Shown in pieces: positions 12,071 to 22,824 of a DNA stretch of 64,000 nucleotides (its first letter is position 1; every line of letters begins with the position of its first letter). Source of the stretch: Mobula hypostoma (taxonomy: Eukaryota); assembly GCF_963921235.1 (NCBI RefSeq), contig NC_086108.1, positions 105,836,001-105,900,000 on the forward strand, in the 5' to 3' direction. The notes under the pieces are model-generated. The model ran no database searches. It was given only the letters and a program-made list of their open reading frames with translations, and had not been told where the DNA came from. Position numbers and translations under genes: made by a program.

Positions 12071-12817
12071 AGATAGATAGATAGATATACTGTATTGATC
12101 CCGAGGGAAATTGGGTTTCGTTACAGCCTCACCAACCAAGAATAGAGCATAAATATAGCAATACAAAAACCACAAACAATCAAACAACAAAATGCAAACT
12201 ATGCCAGATGGAAATAAGTCCAGGACCAGCCTATTGGCACAGGGTGTCTGACCCTCCACGGGACGAGCTGCAAAGTTCGATGGCCATAGGCAGGAACAAT
12301 GTCCCATGACGCCCAGTGTTGTATCTCGGTGGATTATGGCCGGAGTCCAACGGCAAAAAGTTCAATATCCTGTCTACAAACACGTTCCTCGATTGTAATA
12401 TGACCCGGATTGCACCATCTGTTGTTAACCAGAACAGTAAGCACCCAACTCCTTCACGCTTACCGCTCTCAGTGCACTTCCGGTCAGCCCAAACAGTCTG
12501 GAAGCCGACCATGGAAAAGATTGATTAGATATGTCCTTGTGCAGCCCCGTTCCAGTGAAACACATAACACTGCCCTCCCAAAATGTTCTCTGACGCCTGG
12601 CTAGCGCTGTGAACTTGTCCATTTTACTACCCACCGAACTCCTCTTCTCCATAAGTCTCTGTTGTCTCGACCCGGTCCTCTTTCCTCACCTTTGTGATCT
12701 CCCTCTGCATCCTTTGTGTGTTTTCCTCTAGATTTCAGCCGGGGTGTCCGCTGCTCTGCTCGCTAAACCAGCTGGCATAAGCTCAATCAGCTGGTCCCTG
12801 GAATAAACAATGCGATC
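12071..12817 (-). mobile_element. Internally deleted (bipartite) Rex1 derivative with (CTAT)n tail
   Basis: Endonuclease N-terminus (IVYSRDQL, KMDKFTAL, SVMCFT, GFQTVWADR, VGLRP) is joined at ~12335 directly to the ORF C-terminus (PPR..RH..FLPMAIEL..GGSDTL) and a 3' UTR homologous to 6290-6450. Confidence 0.85.
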
Positions 12818-14575
12818 TATATCTTTCAGAGCAATGACCCCCCCTCCTCCTCTGTTGCCTGTTGATGCGCTGTTGTCTACACATGCGTATTGTTCTCTCT
12901 CTCTCTCTCTCTCTCCCTCTGTGCGAAGTGAATACACTAGTCAAAGCTGTATCCTGTGAGTTTGTCTTTATTTAGCTGATATGTAGTTGTGCACAGACAC
13001 AACAAATTGGTGATGAATATGAACCTGAACATCAGACAATATCAACAACTACACCAAACGTTATGGGCTGAAACACAAGAAATCCAAAGGACCTGTAAGT
13101 AATAGTGAAAGAAGTGCTGAATTTGAAGTCAAAATAATGTAGTGATGGCTTCATTCGGGAAGGTTGACAAATTTGATAGCACTAATGAAGACTGGGAGTC
13201 ATATATCAAGAGGGTTGAACTGTATTGTAACGCGAACAACAAGGAAGAGCAAAACCCGCTACACTTCTTAGCTTAGTAGGCCCAAGAACATACAGTCTCT
13301 TACACAACCTCGTAACCCCTGCAAAGCCAGCAAGCAAGATGTTCGTCGAAATTGTTACAATTTTACAAAATCACTTGAGCCCTAAACCACTGGTAATAGC
13401 TGAGATGTTTAGATTTTACAAAAGGAACCAGTCAAAAGATGAAAGCCTTACTGAGTACATTGCAGAATTGTGCAAACTTTCCCAGTACTGTGACTTCCTG
13501 GTGCATTAAGGGACAGACTTGTATGTGGCATGTATTATCAAGGCACTCAAGAGAGCTGCTGTCCAAAAGAGACCTAACTTTAGAATAAGCATTAACCATT
13601 GCAATATTATTAGAGACTGCAGGAAAGGATGCAGCAAAACTACAGAAAAGGCGGTTAGAATGGGAAATGCACAAAATGTCCCGAATGGAGAAAAAACCAA
13701 AGATATTACTGATGTGGCAAATCCTCCCGTGATGCAAATGACTGTTGGTTCAAAGAAAAAGTTGGAGAAAGTGTCACAGACAAGGTCACATGGAGAGAGT
13801 GTCTAAGGCAGACAAAAAGCACAACTGAGTAAAAAGTCTCAAACACAAAACTAAACAAACGCATGAAATTACCAAATATAAAACAGAATCAGACAACATA
13901 GAGCCTGACAAAGGTGAAATATCATGCCTAGAACTGCATTGTATAAATGAAACAGATCATAAAAATCTGGATTACAATAGATGTGTCTGGTATAAGACTA
14001 AAAAAGGAGCTGGATAGGGGGTCAACTGTCATAATTACAGAGGCTGAATACAATAGACTGATTTCTAAGACACCATTAGAGAAGACCTTGGTGATGCTAA
14101 AGACCTACAGAGGTGAAAAAGTGTCTGCCAAGGGCAAACTGAGAGTAAATGTGATGAAAAGAGGCCAGACACAACAATAGAGCTTTATGTATTACAAAGT
14201 GGAGGGTCAGGACTTTTCTAATGTGACTGGTTAAGAAAAATCCAATTAGACTGGCACTCAATCAAAGCTCTCAGTGTGGCATCAACAGGCAATTGCAGCC
14301 CAGATGGTAGCACTAACCAGAGACTGGCACAGCAGCTTAATGCTAATGAGAAGGTGTTTGAGAAAAGGCTTGGGAAATTCAAAGGCATGAAGGCCAGACC
14401 TCAACTGAATGAAACAGCAACACCAAGATTCCATAAAGCACTTCCAGTGCCTTGTGCACTACATCCTAAAGTGGGTATTGAATTGCAGAGCTTGGAGGCA
14501 TCTGTAATTCTCTTCAAGGTTGAGTGAAGAGATTGGGCCATGCCCATTGTCCCAGTGATCAAGAAAGGGAAGGCT
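12818..14575 (+). mobile_element. Gypsy LTR retrotransposon, degenerate: partial 5' LTR, PBS, gag, protease, start of RT
   Basis: LTR end ...ACAACA at 12983, then PBS-like TTGGTGATGA. Gag from ATG 13145 (MASFGKVDKFD..EDWESYI, LLSLVGPRTYSLL, NHLSPKPLVIAE, LRDRLVCG); protease-like ELDRGS; RT start PVPCAL..WAMPIVPVIKK. Sequence up to ~14850 may be its deleted 3' part. Confidence 0.9.
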
Positions 14576-14664
14576 CAAGCTGTCCCCCTCAGGTTTGGCC
14601 GGCTGCGTTAGTCTAGGGAAGACAGTCCTCGGCCTCGCCAAACGTGTGAAATCTCATTTGTGTG

Positions 14665-14805
14665 GATAGATAGATAGATAGATATACTTTATTGATCCGA
14701 GGGAAATTGGGTTTCGTTACAGCTGCACCAACCAAGAATAGAGCATAAATATAGCAATACAAAAGCCACAAACGATCAAACAACAATATGCAAACTATGC
14801 CAGAT
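14665..14805 (-). mobile_element. 5'-truncated copy of the (CTAT)n-tailed Rex1-related family
   Basis: Near-identical to 12071-12210. Confidence 0.85.
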
Positions 14806-14849
14806 ACTGCGTGATGTGTTACCCTGTAACAAATCAGTGCCATGAAATA

Positions 14850-15645
14850 TCGGAAAGTATCCATATGCAGTTAAATGATTTAGTTTTATAATTCCTAATT
14901 TGACTAGAGGGTTAGTAAAGAAAAACAAAAAGAAAAGGGCCCGTTTTAATGAAACAGTCTAATGTGCACGTTGGAGCTCACGGTTTCCCATCCCTTAATT
15001 GCCCCTGTGCGTCGTCGACTCCCAGCCTCTCACTCCAAGTCCACACGGTCCTGCGGTCTATGGCCTCTCCCTTCTCACATCTTCTCCCTTCATCTCTCGC
15101 CCAACAAAAAATAAACTATGAATACCTCACTCTGGGACAGACAACAAGAAAAAACACTTCCCTCATTTGGGCACATCCCAAAGCCCCCGTTATCTCTAGT
15201 CATAATCCAAACACTGCTGCTACAGAAAAACCATTACATTAGCAGTGAAACCTTTCTTAGGATGTTACATTCTCTCCCCACCACATTTAGTCATGTCCTC
15301 ATGACCTTGAGATAATTTGCCAGCCCTCTTCATTCAGGGCCAGTAGAACCGGTCTCTGAGCAAACCATAGGTCTTTTCAACCCCCAAATGTCCAGAACCA
15401 TCATGAAGTTACTTCAACACCATCCTCTGATGCTTCTCAGGCAGCACCAGCTGGGAATGCCGAGGTTGGTCTGGAGGTGATGTGACCTGGTGTAGGATCC
15501 GGTTCCTCAACTCCAATCTGGGCCATTCTCTCAGTAATGGAGGCACCGCAGCGTGTTTCGTTTTCTCCGCCTGAGCCATATCTCTCTTTTCGACCGCTGA
15601 CCAAATGGTACCGATGCCCAGGTCATCTCGCTGAGCAGTTGACAG
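14850..15645 (-). mobile_element. Second Gypsy element: pol fragment fused to PPT and 3' LTR (internal deletion)
   Basis: Minus translation LLREWPRLEL..QLVLPEKH..LHDGSGHLGVEKTYGLLRDRFYWP, then after a short gap the PPT TGGTGGGGAGAGAA and LTR start TGTAACA at 15269. Confidence 0.85.
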
Positions 15646-16254
15646 AACTCAATTCCGGCAACTGGTGCTGTAAGGTGTTACAATAACCACCAGGCTACTG
15701 TGTCTCTCCTACGGGATGGAGTGATTTGGAAGCATCTCACTGGTCTCAGGGGTCAGCTTTTAAGTGGTTGCCTGAGCAGCTTCTGCTAGTTTTCCAGGTG
15801 TCTGTCTGTCTGTCTGTGGTGATTACCGAGGCAGGGTAAAATGAGTTGTCTCCCCTGGGGCCCAAATTGAGTCCCAGCAGAGGGTGGCAAGTGCACTAGT
15901 TAAAACAGCATCACAAAAGAGCCACTCTGCGAGGGACTTTATTCTTGTGATGGCGGTGCTAAACAGAGGGCGGCTCTGATCAGTGCCCTGCAGAGCCAGA
16001 TGGTGTTGTCAGATGGAAGAGGAGAAAGTATCGTTGATGTGAAAAGCCATTAATAATTCAGGTTGTAAATGCAGTGGGATAAAAGCATACCAGTCAAAGC
16101 TGGAAACTCTCTTCGAGTTGGCAGCAAGCGTTTGAATGCCTTTGAAGATTCTCCGCATTGACACAGCTGGGAAAACTAGTGTGAATGAAAGATTGGTGAT
16201 AAAAGATGATGGGCTTGGGTTATAAACACAAGTATATCTCGTGTTTATCGTGTT

Positions 16255-16660
16255 TGCCATCTTCTTGAGCAACTTCGCTCCAACCACAAAAAACAGGATT
16301 TCCCAGTGGCCAATCATTTTAATTCCAATTTCCATTTCAAAATTCTGTCATGTCAGTCCATGGCCTCCTCTACTACCACTCTCAGGTTGGAGGAACAACA
16401 ACTCATATGCTGTCTAGGTAGCCTCCAGCCTAATGGCATGATCATTGATTACTCTGACTTCCAGTAATTTTCCCCCTTATCCTACTCTCTTCTTCAATTC
16501 CCCACTCTGCCCACCTCATACCTCTTTTCTTCTGTTCGCCTGGCCACCACCTCTTCCTGGTTCTCCTCCTTCCCTTTCCTCCATGGTCCACTCTCCTCTT
16601 CTATCAGATTTCTTTTTCTCCATCCCTTTGCCTTTTCTACCTGTCACCTCCCATCTTCCT
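16255..16660 (+). mobile_element. Penelope GIY-YIG 3' remnant
   Basis: QDFPVANHFNS..MSVHGLLY..LRLEEQQLICCLGSLQP followed by a pyrimidine tract. Confidence 0.8.
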
Positions 16661-17019
16661 GTTTTGTACTATACTGGTCTATGTTCCAATCTGTCACACT
16701 CCTGGCTTTGACGTCAAAGTTGAAAGGTCACTCAACTACTGAATGTAGACACTGAGTCACACTAGACGTTGCTCTGGGAGAGTCTGGACATTTGCACCAG
16801 GGAGGAGTCTACGTAACATCTATGCCAGGACCACCAGACTCAAAAACAGTTACTTTCCCTATACAGTAAGGCTGATCAACACCTCCACTTACTAACCCAC
16901 CCCTCCAGACCCCCCATCACCACTACTTTATCATCTCCTGTCAGTCACCTTTTGTACAGACACTCCCGTGCCTAGTGTCAGTTGATTTATATAAAATCAA
17001 TCTATATAGGTTATCTTAT

Positions 17020-17227
17020 CACAAACGAGAAATTCTGCAGACGCTGGAAATCCAAGCAACACGCACAAAATGCTGGAGGAACTCAGCGGGCCAGGCAGTG
17101 TCTGTGGAAAAGAGTATAGTTGATGTCTCGGTCCTGCCGAAGGGTCTCGGCCCGAAACGGCGACTGTACTCTTCTCCATAGACGCTGCCTGGCTCGCTGA
17201 GTTCCTCCAGCATTTTGTGCGTGTTGA
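17020..17227. repeat. Foldback of two inverted Penelope 3' ends with central hammerhead-like motif
   Basis: Arms ~17056-17125 and ~17160-17226 are reverse complements. TTATCTTAT occurs on both sides (17011-17019 and 17232-17240). Confidence 0.8.
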
Positions 17228-18257
17228 TAAATTATCTTATGTATTTATATTTATTGTGTATTTTTATTATTGTGTTTATCTTATTGTGTTTTTGATGCTG
17301 TATTGTATGGGGAGTAACAATTAATTTATTCTCCTTTACACCTGTATACTGGAAATGACATTAAACAATCTTGAATTTTGAAAATGACAATAATAAACCA
17401 ATTAGCCACCCATCACTCCCACACTCCTCCCAATAGTTCCTCTCCCTTTGTTGTAAGCTGCACGTTTCTCTCCTCTTTAATTCCATCATCTTCAGTTCTT
17501 TGTCACTTCCACCTATCACCTAGCAGATTCTGACATCATTCCCACCCTCCCTCCTTCACCTGCCTATCAATCCCTCCCCCTCACTAGGATCCACCTGCTG
17601 GCTTTTGCTCACTCCACTTCCCTCCATCTTTTTATATACTGCTGTCTCCCTACTCTCTTTCAGTCCAGACAGAATGAGCTGCAATTTCTGCTGTTTAATC
17701 CACTCCATAGCTGTTCCCTGGCCGACTGAGTTCCTTCTGCGATTTTGTGTGTTGTACCAATTACATTGTGTCTGATGTACTTTTTAAAAAATTATTATTG
17801 TGCTCTTTATCCTATTGTGATTTTTTTGTGCAGCATCGAATCTGGAGTAACAACTATTTCATTCTCCTTTGCCCGTATGTTGGAAATGACATTAAACAAT
17901 CTTGAATCTTGAATCTTGAATCTTGAGTTGTGTCCTGTGCACTTTACGATCAATTGGTTGATAGGAAAGACAGTATTTGTACAACGTCTACTTTGTCTGT
18001 CTTTTGAAAAATGTTATCTTATTGCGGGCCGGAGCCTTCTTCCTACCAGCCAGGCCAATATTTTTTCTTCATTGTTTAATGCAGCCAGGCATTAATATTC
18101 TTAAAGAATCAGAATCTGGTTTATTATCACTGGCATATGTTGTGAAATTTGTTTTTTTTTTGTGGCAGCAGTACATTGCAATGCAAAATAATAAAATGTA
18201 GGTAGTGCAAAAAGAGAGCAAAAAAAAGCTAGCGAGGTAGTGTACTGTACATGTGTA

Positions 18258-19512
18258 AAACATAGAACAGTACAGCACAGTACAGGCCCTTTGGCCCACA
18301 TTGCTGTGCCGACCCTCAAACCCTGCCTACCATATAACCCCCCACCTTAAATTCCTCCATATACCTGTCTAGCAGGCTCTTAAATTTCACTAGTGTATCA
18401 GCCTCCACCATTGACTCAGGCAGTGTATTCCATGCATCAACCACTCTCTGAGTGAAAAACCTTCCTCTAATATCCCCCTTGAACTTCCCACCCCTTACCT
18501 TAAAGCCATGTCCTCTTGTATTGAGCAGTGGTGCCCTGGGGAAGAGGCGCTGGCTATCCACTCTATCTATTCCTCTTAATATTTTGTACACCTCTATCAT
18601 GTCTCCTCTCATCCTCCTTCTCTCCAAAGAGTAAAGCCCTAGCTCCCTTAATCTTTGATCATAATGCATTCTCTCTAAACCAGGCAGCATTCTGGTAAAT
18701 CTCCTCTGTACCCTTTCCAATGCTTCCACATCCTTCCTATAGTGAGGCGAGCAGAACTGGACACAGTACTCCAAGTGTGGCCTAACCAGAGTATTATAGA
18801 GCTGCATCATTACCTTGCAACTCTTAAACTCTATCCCTCGACTTATGAAAGCTAACACCCCATAAGCTTTCTTTACTAGCCTATCCACCTGTGAGGCAAC
18901 TTTCATGGATCTGTGGACATGTACCCTCAGATCCCTCTGCTCCTCCACACTACCAAGTATCCTGCCATTTACTTTGTACTCTTCCTTGGAGTTTGTCCTT
19001 CCAAAGTGTACCACCTCACACTTCTCCGGGTTGAACTCCATCTGCCACTTCTCAGCCCACTTCTGCATCCTATCAATGTCACTCTGCAATCTTTGACAAT
19101 CCTCTACACTATCTACAACACCAGCAACCTTTGTGTCGTCTGCAAACTTGCGAACCCACCCTTTTACCCCCACATCCAAGTCGTTAATAAAAATCACGAA
19201 AAGTAAAGGTCCCGGAAGCAATCCTTGTGGGACACCACTAGTCAGAATCCTCCAATCCGAATGTACTCCCTCCACCGCGATCCTCTGCTTTCTGCAGGCA
19301 AGCCAACTCTGAATCGACCTGGCCAAACTTCCATGGATCCCATGCCTTCTGACTTCCTGAATAAGCCTACCATGTGGAACCTTGTCAAATGCCTTACTAA
19401 AATCCATGTGGATCACATCCACTGCTCTACCCTCATCTATATGCCTGGTCACCTCCTCAAAGAGCTCTATCTAACTCTATTGGTTCGACATGATCTGTCC
19501 TTCACAAAGCCA
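18258..19512 (-). mobile_element. Young CR1 LINE, 5'-truncated, same subfamily as 1-2252
   Basis: Intact 378-aa ORF nearly identical to the 1055-2190 translation, followed by the CR1 tail. Confidence 0.95.
18316..19452 (-). CDS. CR1 ORF2 reverse transcriptase fragment
   Basis: DFSKAFDKVPH, GVPQG, KFADDTK, LEYCVQF, with no internal stops. Confidence 0.9.
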   Translation of the reverse strand: MTRHIDEGRAVDVIHMDFSKAFDKVPHGRLIQEVRRHGIHGSLARSIQSWLACRKQRIAVEGVHSDWRILTSGVPQGLLPGPLLFVIFINDLDVGVKGWVRKFADDTKVAGVVDSVEDCQRLQSDIDRMQKWAEKWQMEFNPEKCEVVHFGRTNSKEEYKVNGRILGSVEEQRDLRVHVHRSMKVASQVDRLVKKAYGVLAFISRGIEFKSCKVMMQLYNTLVRPHLEYCVQFCSPHYRKDVEALERVQRRFTRMLPGLERMHYDQRLRELGLYSLERRRMRGDMIEVYKILRGIDRVDSQRLFPRAPLLNTRGHGFKVRGGKFKGDIRGRFFTQRVVDAWNTLPESMVEADTLVKFKSLLDRYMEEFKVGGYMVGRV

Positions 19513-19644
19513 CGTGTTCAATGTCCATTTAATACCCTGATGGCGGAGGGGAAGAAGTGGTTCCTGAAAGTTAAGAAACAATAAATATTAAAAACTCTGG
19601 AGAACTTCAGAGAGAAATGATGTTGTATAGTGAGCTAAAAACAC

Positions 19645-19965
19645 AGTCACCGTCATCATCTCACATAGGCAATCACAGAAATGATTTGCTGTTGCCTTCT
19701 TCTGGACAGTGTCTTTACAAGACGTGTGACCCCAGCCATTATCAATACTGTTCAGAGAATTTCTTCCTGGTGTCAGTATTTGCATAACCAGGACTTGTGA
19801 TATGCACCAGCTACTGATATGACCATCCACCATCTGCTCCCTTGGCTTCAGGTGACCCTGATTCGGGGAGGGGGGAGGGGGCGGGGAGGTGTGAGTCTAA
19901 GTAAGTGCCACACCTTGACCAACGGTGACCTGCAGGCTAGTGGAGGGAAGGAGCACCTTACGCTC
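19645..19965 (-). mobile_element. RTE/BovB-related non-autonomous element (Bov-A-like 3' part)
   Basis: Homologous to 52335-52650 (plus) and 28990-29140 (minus). Contains GAAGAAGGCAACAGCAAATCA, similar to the Bov-A GAAGGAAATGGCAACCCACT motif. Confidence 0.6.
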
Positions 19966-20814
19966 AAAGCTGCAGCCACCCAAAAATAAAAGGTAGGTCG
20001 TGTTAAACAAAATGAAAAAAATAGTGAGAAAGTGCTCATGGGTTCATTATCCATTCTGAAATCTAATGGTGGAGGCAATGAAGCTGTTCCTGAAAGTTAA
20101 ATACCATAAACATTGAAACATTCTGGAGAACTTCAGAAAGAAATAATGTAAATGAGCTACAAATACATTGGTGAGATAATAAAATACCTGTTTGGCTGCT
20201 CTTTACCAATATTGCTGATATGTTGACATTGAGCTAATATTTGAATCACATCTCTTCTTTCCTTTTCAAGGTGGCTGGAGCCTTGTTGGAGTCTGTGATC
20301 TACAGCTGCACTTAAATTGTGGTTCTTCACAATGGTTCCTGCCCTTTACCAAGGTTGTTGACATGTTGGCATTGAACTAATATTCAAATCACATAATTTT
20401 AGAGGTAATTTTGGATGGTGCTTTTTTTCTTGTTCTCTTCACATAAAGATAAAGAATAAATTTAACACTGGGGACCACATTTTATCGAGGAGAAGATCCT
20501 TCTTTGAGATACCCCACAAAATTTAAACATATTTATTCTCTCATTGAATTCCAAATCCCATGCTACTCAATTAGCAATTTTCACAATAACTAATTCATCA
20601 AAATATTGTAGAGGATTGACATCCAACTGTTTGAAGTAGTTCCATTTTCATAAAGAAAGCATTTTTCTTAGTTCAAATTACATTTTTTAATCTTGTATTA
20701 ATTTACAAGCAGTGACTTCAGTGTAAAGGAATGTCAAGAGAAAAGTCCACGCAGAAAACGCACTGTAGAAATACGGTCCCATATAGAGTTAAATCTAATT
20801 GAACATGCACGCTC

Positions 20815-21025
20815 ACTGCATGTAAGGAGTTTGTATGTTCTCCCCTTGACCATATGGTGCTGTGTGCTGTGGTATCCTCCTACAGTTCAAAGGCTGTTGC
20901 AAGGTTAATTGATTGTTGTAAATTGTCCCATTATTAAACTAGGATTAAATCAGGGGATTGCTGGCTGGCATGCCTCGAAGGGGTGGAAGAATCTGTTCCA
21001 TGCTATATCTCAATAATTAAATAAA
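20815..21025 (+). mobile_element. V-SINE (HE1-like) fragment
   Basis: V-domain GGAGTTTGTATGTTCTCCCC...TCCTCCTACAGTTCAAAG; A-rich tail. Confidence 0.7.
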
Positions 21026-21200
21026 CTTGCTGGAAAAACTCAGCGGGTCAGGTGGCATCTATGGAGAGGAATAAACAGTTGATGTTTTGGGCCAAGACCA
21101 TTCATCAGGACTACACCCATAGATGCTGCTTGACTGGCTGAGTTCTTCCAGCACTTTGTGTGTGTTCCTCAAGATTTCCAGCATCTGCAGAATCTCTTCA
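21026..21200. repeat. Foldback Penelope 3'-end pair
   Basis: TGCTGGAAAAACTCAGC..CATCTATGG versus CCATAGATG..GCTGAGTTCTTCCAGCA. Confidence 0.75.
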
Positions 21201-22011
21201 GTTGAATATAATGTTCCCTTTCTTCATTGTTAGAATTTTAACTTGGATATCAATCATAAAATTTCAGAAATGTTCTTATTATAAAAGAAACATTTGAAAA
21301 ATGGTAAGATAATATTCAAATATCATATCAGTAGTCTGGAAGGAAATTAGTAGTTTCATCAGGACTGGAAAGGAAGGGGAAAGAAGCCAGAATAGGAAGG
21401 TGATGGGAGGGGAAAGAGTACAAGCTCTTGTATTAAAAAGATAGGAAAAAGATAGGTGAAGCAAGGAAAGGGGGCAGGTGAGTTGGGGAGGGTTGGATGA
21501 AATGAGAGGATTTATGGTAGATTTATCCAGTGGTTGGGTACTAAGATGAATCTTTCCCTCTCTAGCAATGTAGCAAGCTGAACAGTTTTGTTAAAACTGC
21601 TCTTGTCTGAAGATTTATTTGACTGTGTGCATTAAATAGATTAAGACTTCTTAAATGATTTGATGTTGAACAGTGTCTGATTGACCCATGGATGACAAGG
21701 CTGATAATGCAGTACAGAGCTCCTCTTGTTGGAAATTTCCAGATTCCTGCAGCTCTTGTGTTATGACATTGTACAATCATTCAATAAACTCTGCTGCTGA
21801 GGGACTGCTCATAAATATGCCCCAGAGGAACTGGAGAAACTCGAAGAAGATGAGATGTTAATCAACCAGATGTGAGTTTTTATTTTTCAAGTGCGATTGC
21901 TAACCATGATATATAACCATTCTGTAGTGCAATCAGAAGACGTAAGATCACTGAACTTATATACAAATGGATTTAATTTCTCTTCCTAGAGCAGTTGAGG
22001 GTTTGTTCATA

Positions 22012-22658
22012 CACTCAGTGGCCATTTTATTAGGTACACCTGCTTGTAAGTGCAATTATCTAATCAGCTAATCATGTGGCAACAACTCAGTACATAAAAG
22101 CAGGCAGACATAGCTAAGGGATTCAGTTGCTGTTCAGACCAAACAGCAGAATGGGGAAGAAATGTGATCCAAATGATTTTTGACTGTGGAATGATTGTTG
22201 GTGGGCTGGAGTGGTTTGCGTATCTCAGAAACTGCTGATCTCCAGTGAGTTTAGTGCACAGTAGTCTCTAAAGCAAGGGTTCCCAATCTGGGGTCCATAA
22301 ACCCCTTGTTTAATGGCATTGGTCCATGGCTTAAAAAAGATTGTCAACCCCCTGCTGTAGAATTTATAGAGTATGGTGCAAAAAACAAAGAAAACATTGG
22401 GTAAGCAGCAGTTCTGTGGATGAAAATACCTTGTTAATGAGAGAGAGGTCAGAGGAGAATGGCCAGGCTGGTTCAGGCTGACAGGAAGGTGACAGTAACT
22501 CAAATAACCAGGTGTTACAACAGTGGTGTGCAGAAGAGCATCTCTGAATGCACAACACTCAAACCTTGGATGGGCTACAGCAGCAAAAGACCATGAACGT
22601 GTATTCGGTGACCAATTTATTACATAAAGAAGGCACCTAATAAAGTGACCATTGAGTG
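22012..22658 (+). mobile_element. Non-autonomous Tc1/mariner transposon with both TIRs
   Basis: TA|CACTCAGTGGCCATTTTATTAGGT ... ACCTAATAAAGTGACCATTGAGTG|TA, with transposase N-terminal remnant MGKKCD..GMIVG..ISETADL. Confidence 0.9.
22274..22354. mobile_element. hAT (Charlie-type) MITE nested in the Tc1 element
   Basis: TIRs CAAGGGTTCCCAA / TTGTCAACCCCCTG. Degenerate 8-bp TSD CTCTAAAG/CTGTAGAA matches the NTCTAGAN target. Confidence 0.7.
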
Positions 22659-22824
22659 TATTTTGGAAAGGAATGGTCTTGCAGTGTTAGAATGTTTAAC
22701 TGTTTAGTAAAGTTTGCAACAGCATAATAATTTTTTAAAAGTCCTTGTATCCACAAAGTGACTTTGAAAGTGATTTTTATTTTCAAATTGGAGATGCATT
22801 TGATGGCAGATAATGGAATCTTAA

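Noticed and set aside
14590..14650. HDV-like ribozyme starting GGCCGGC
   Set aside because: It folds only as a simple hairpin and I found no nested double pseudoknot; more likely part of the Gypsy derivative.
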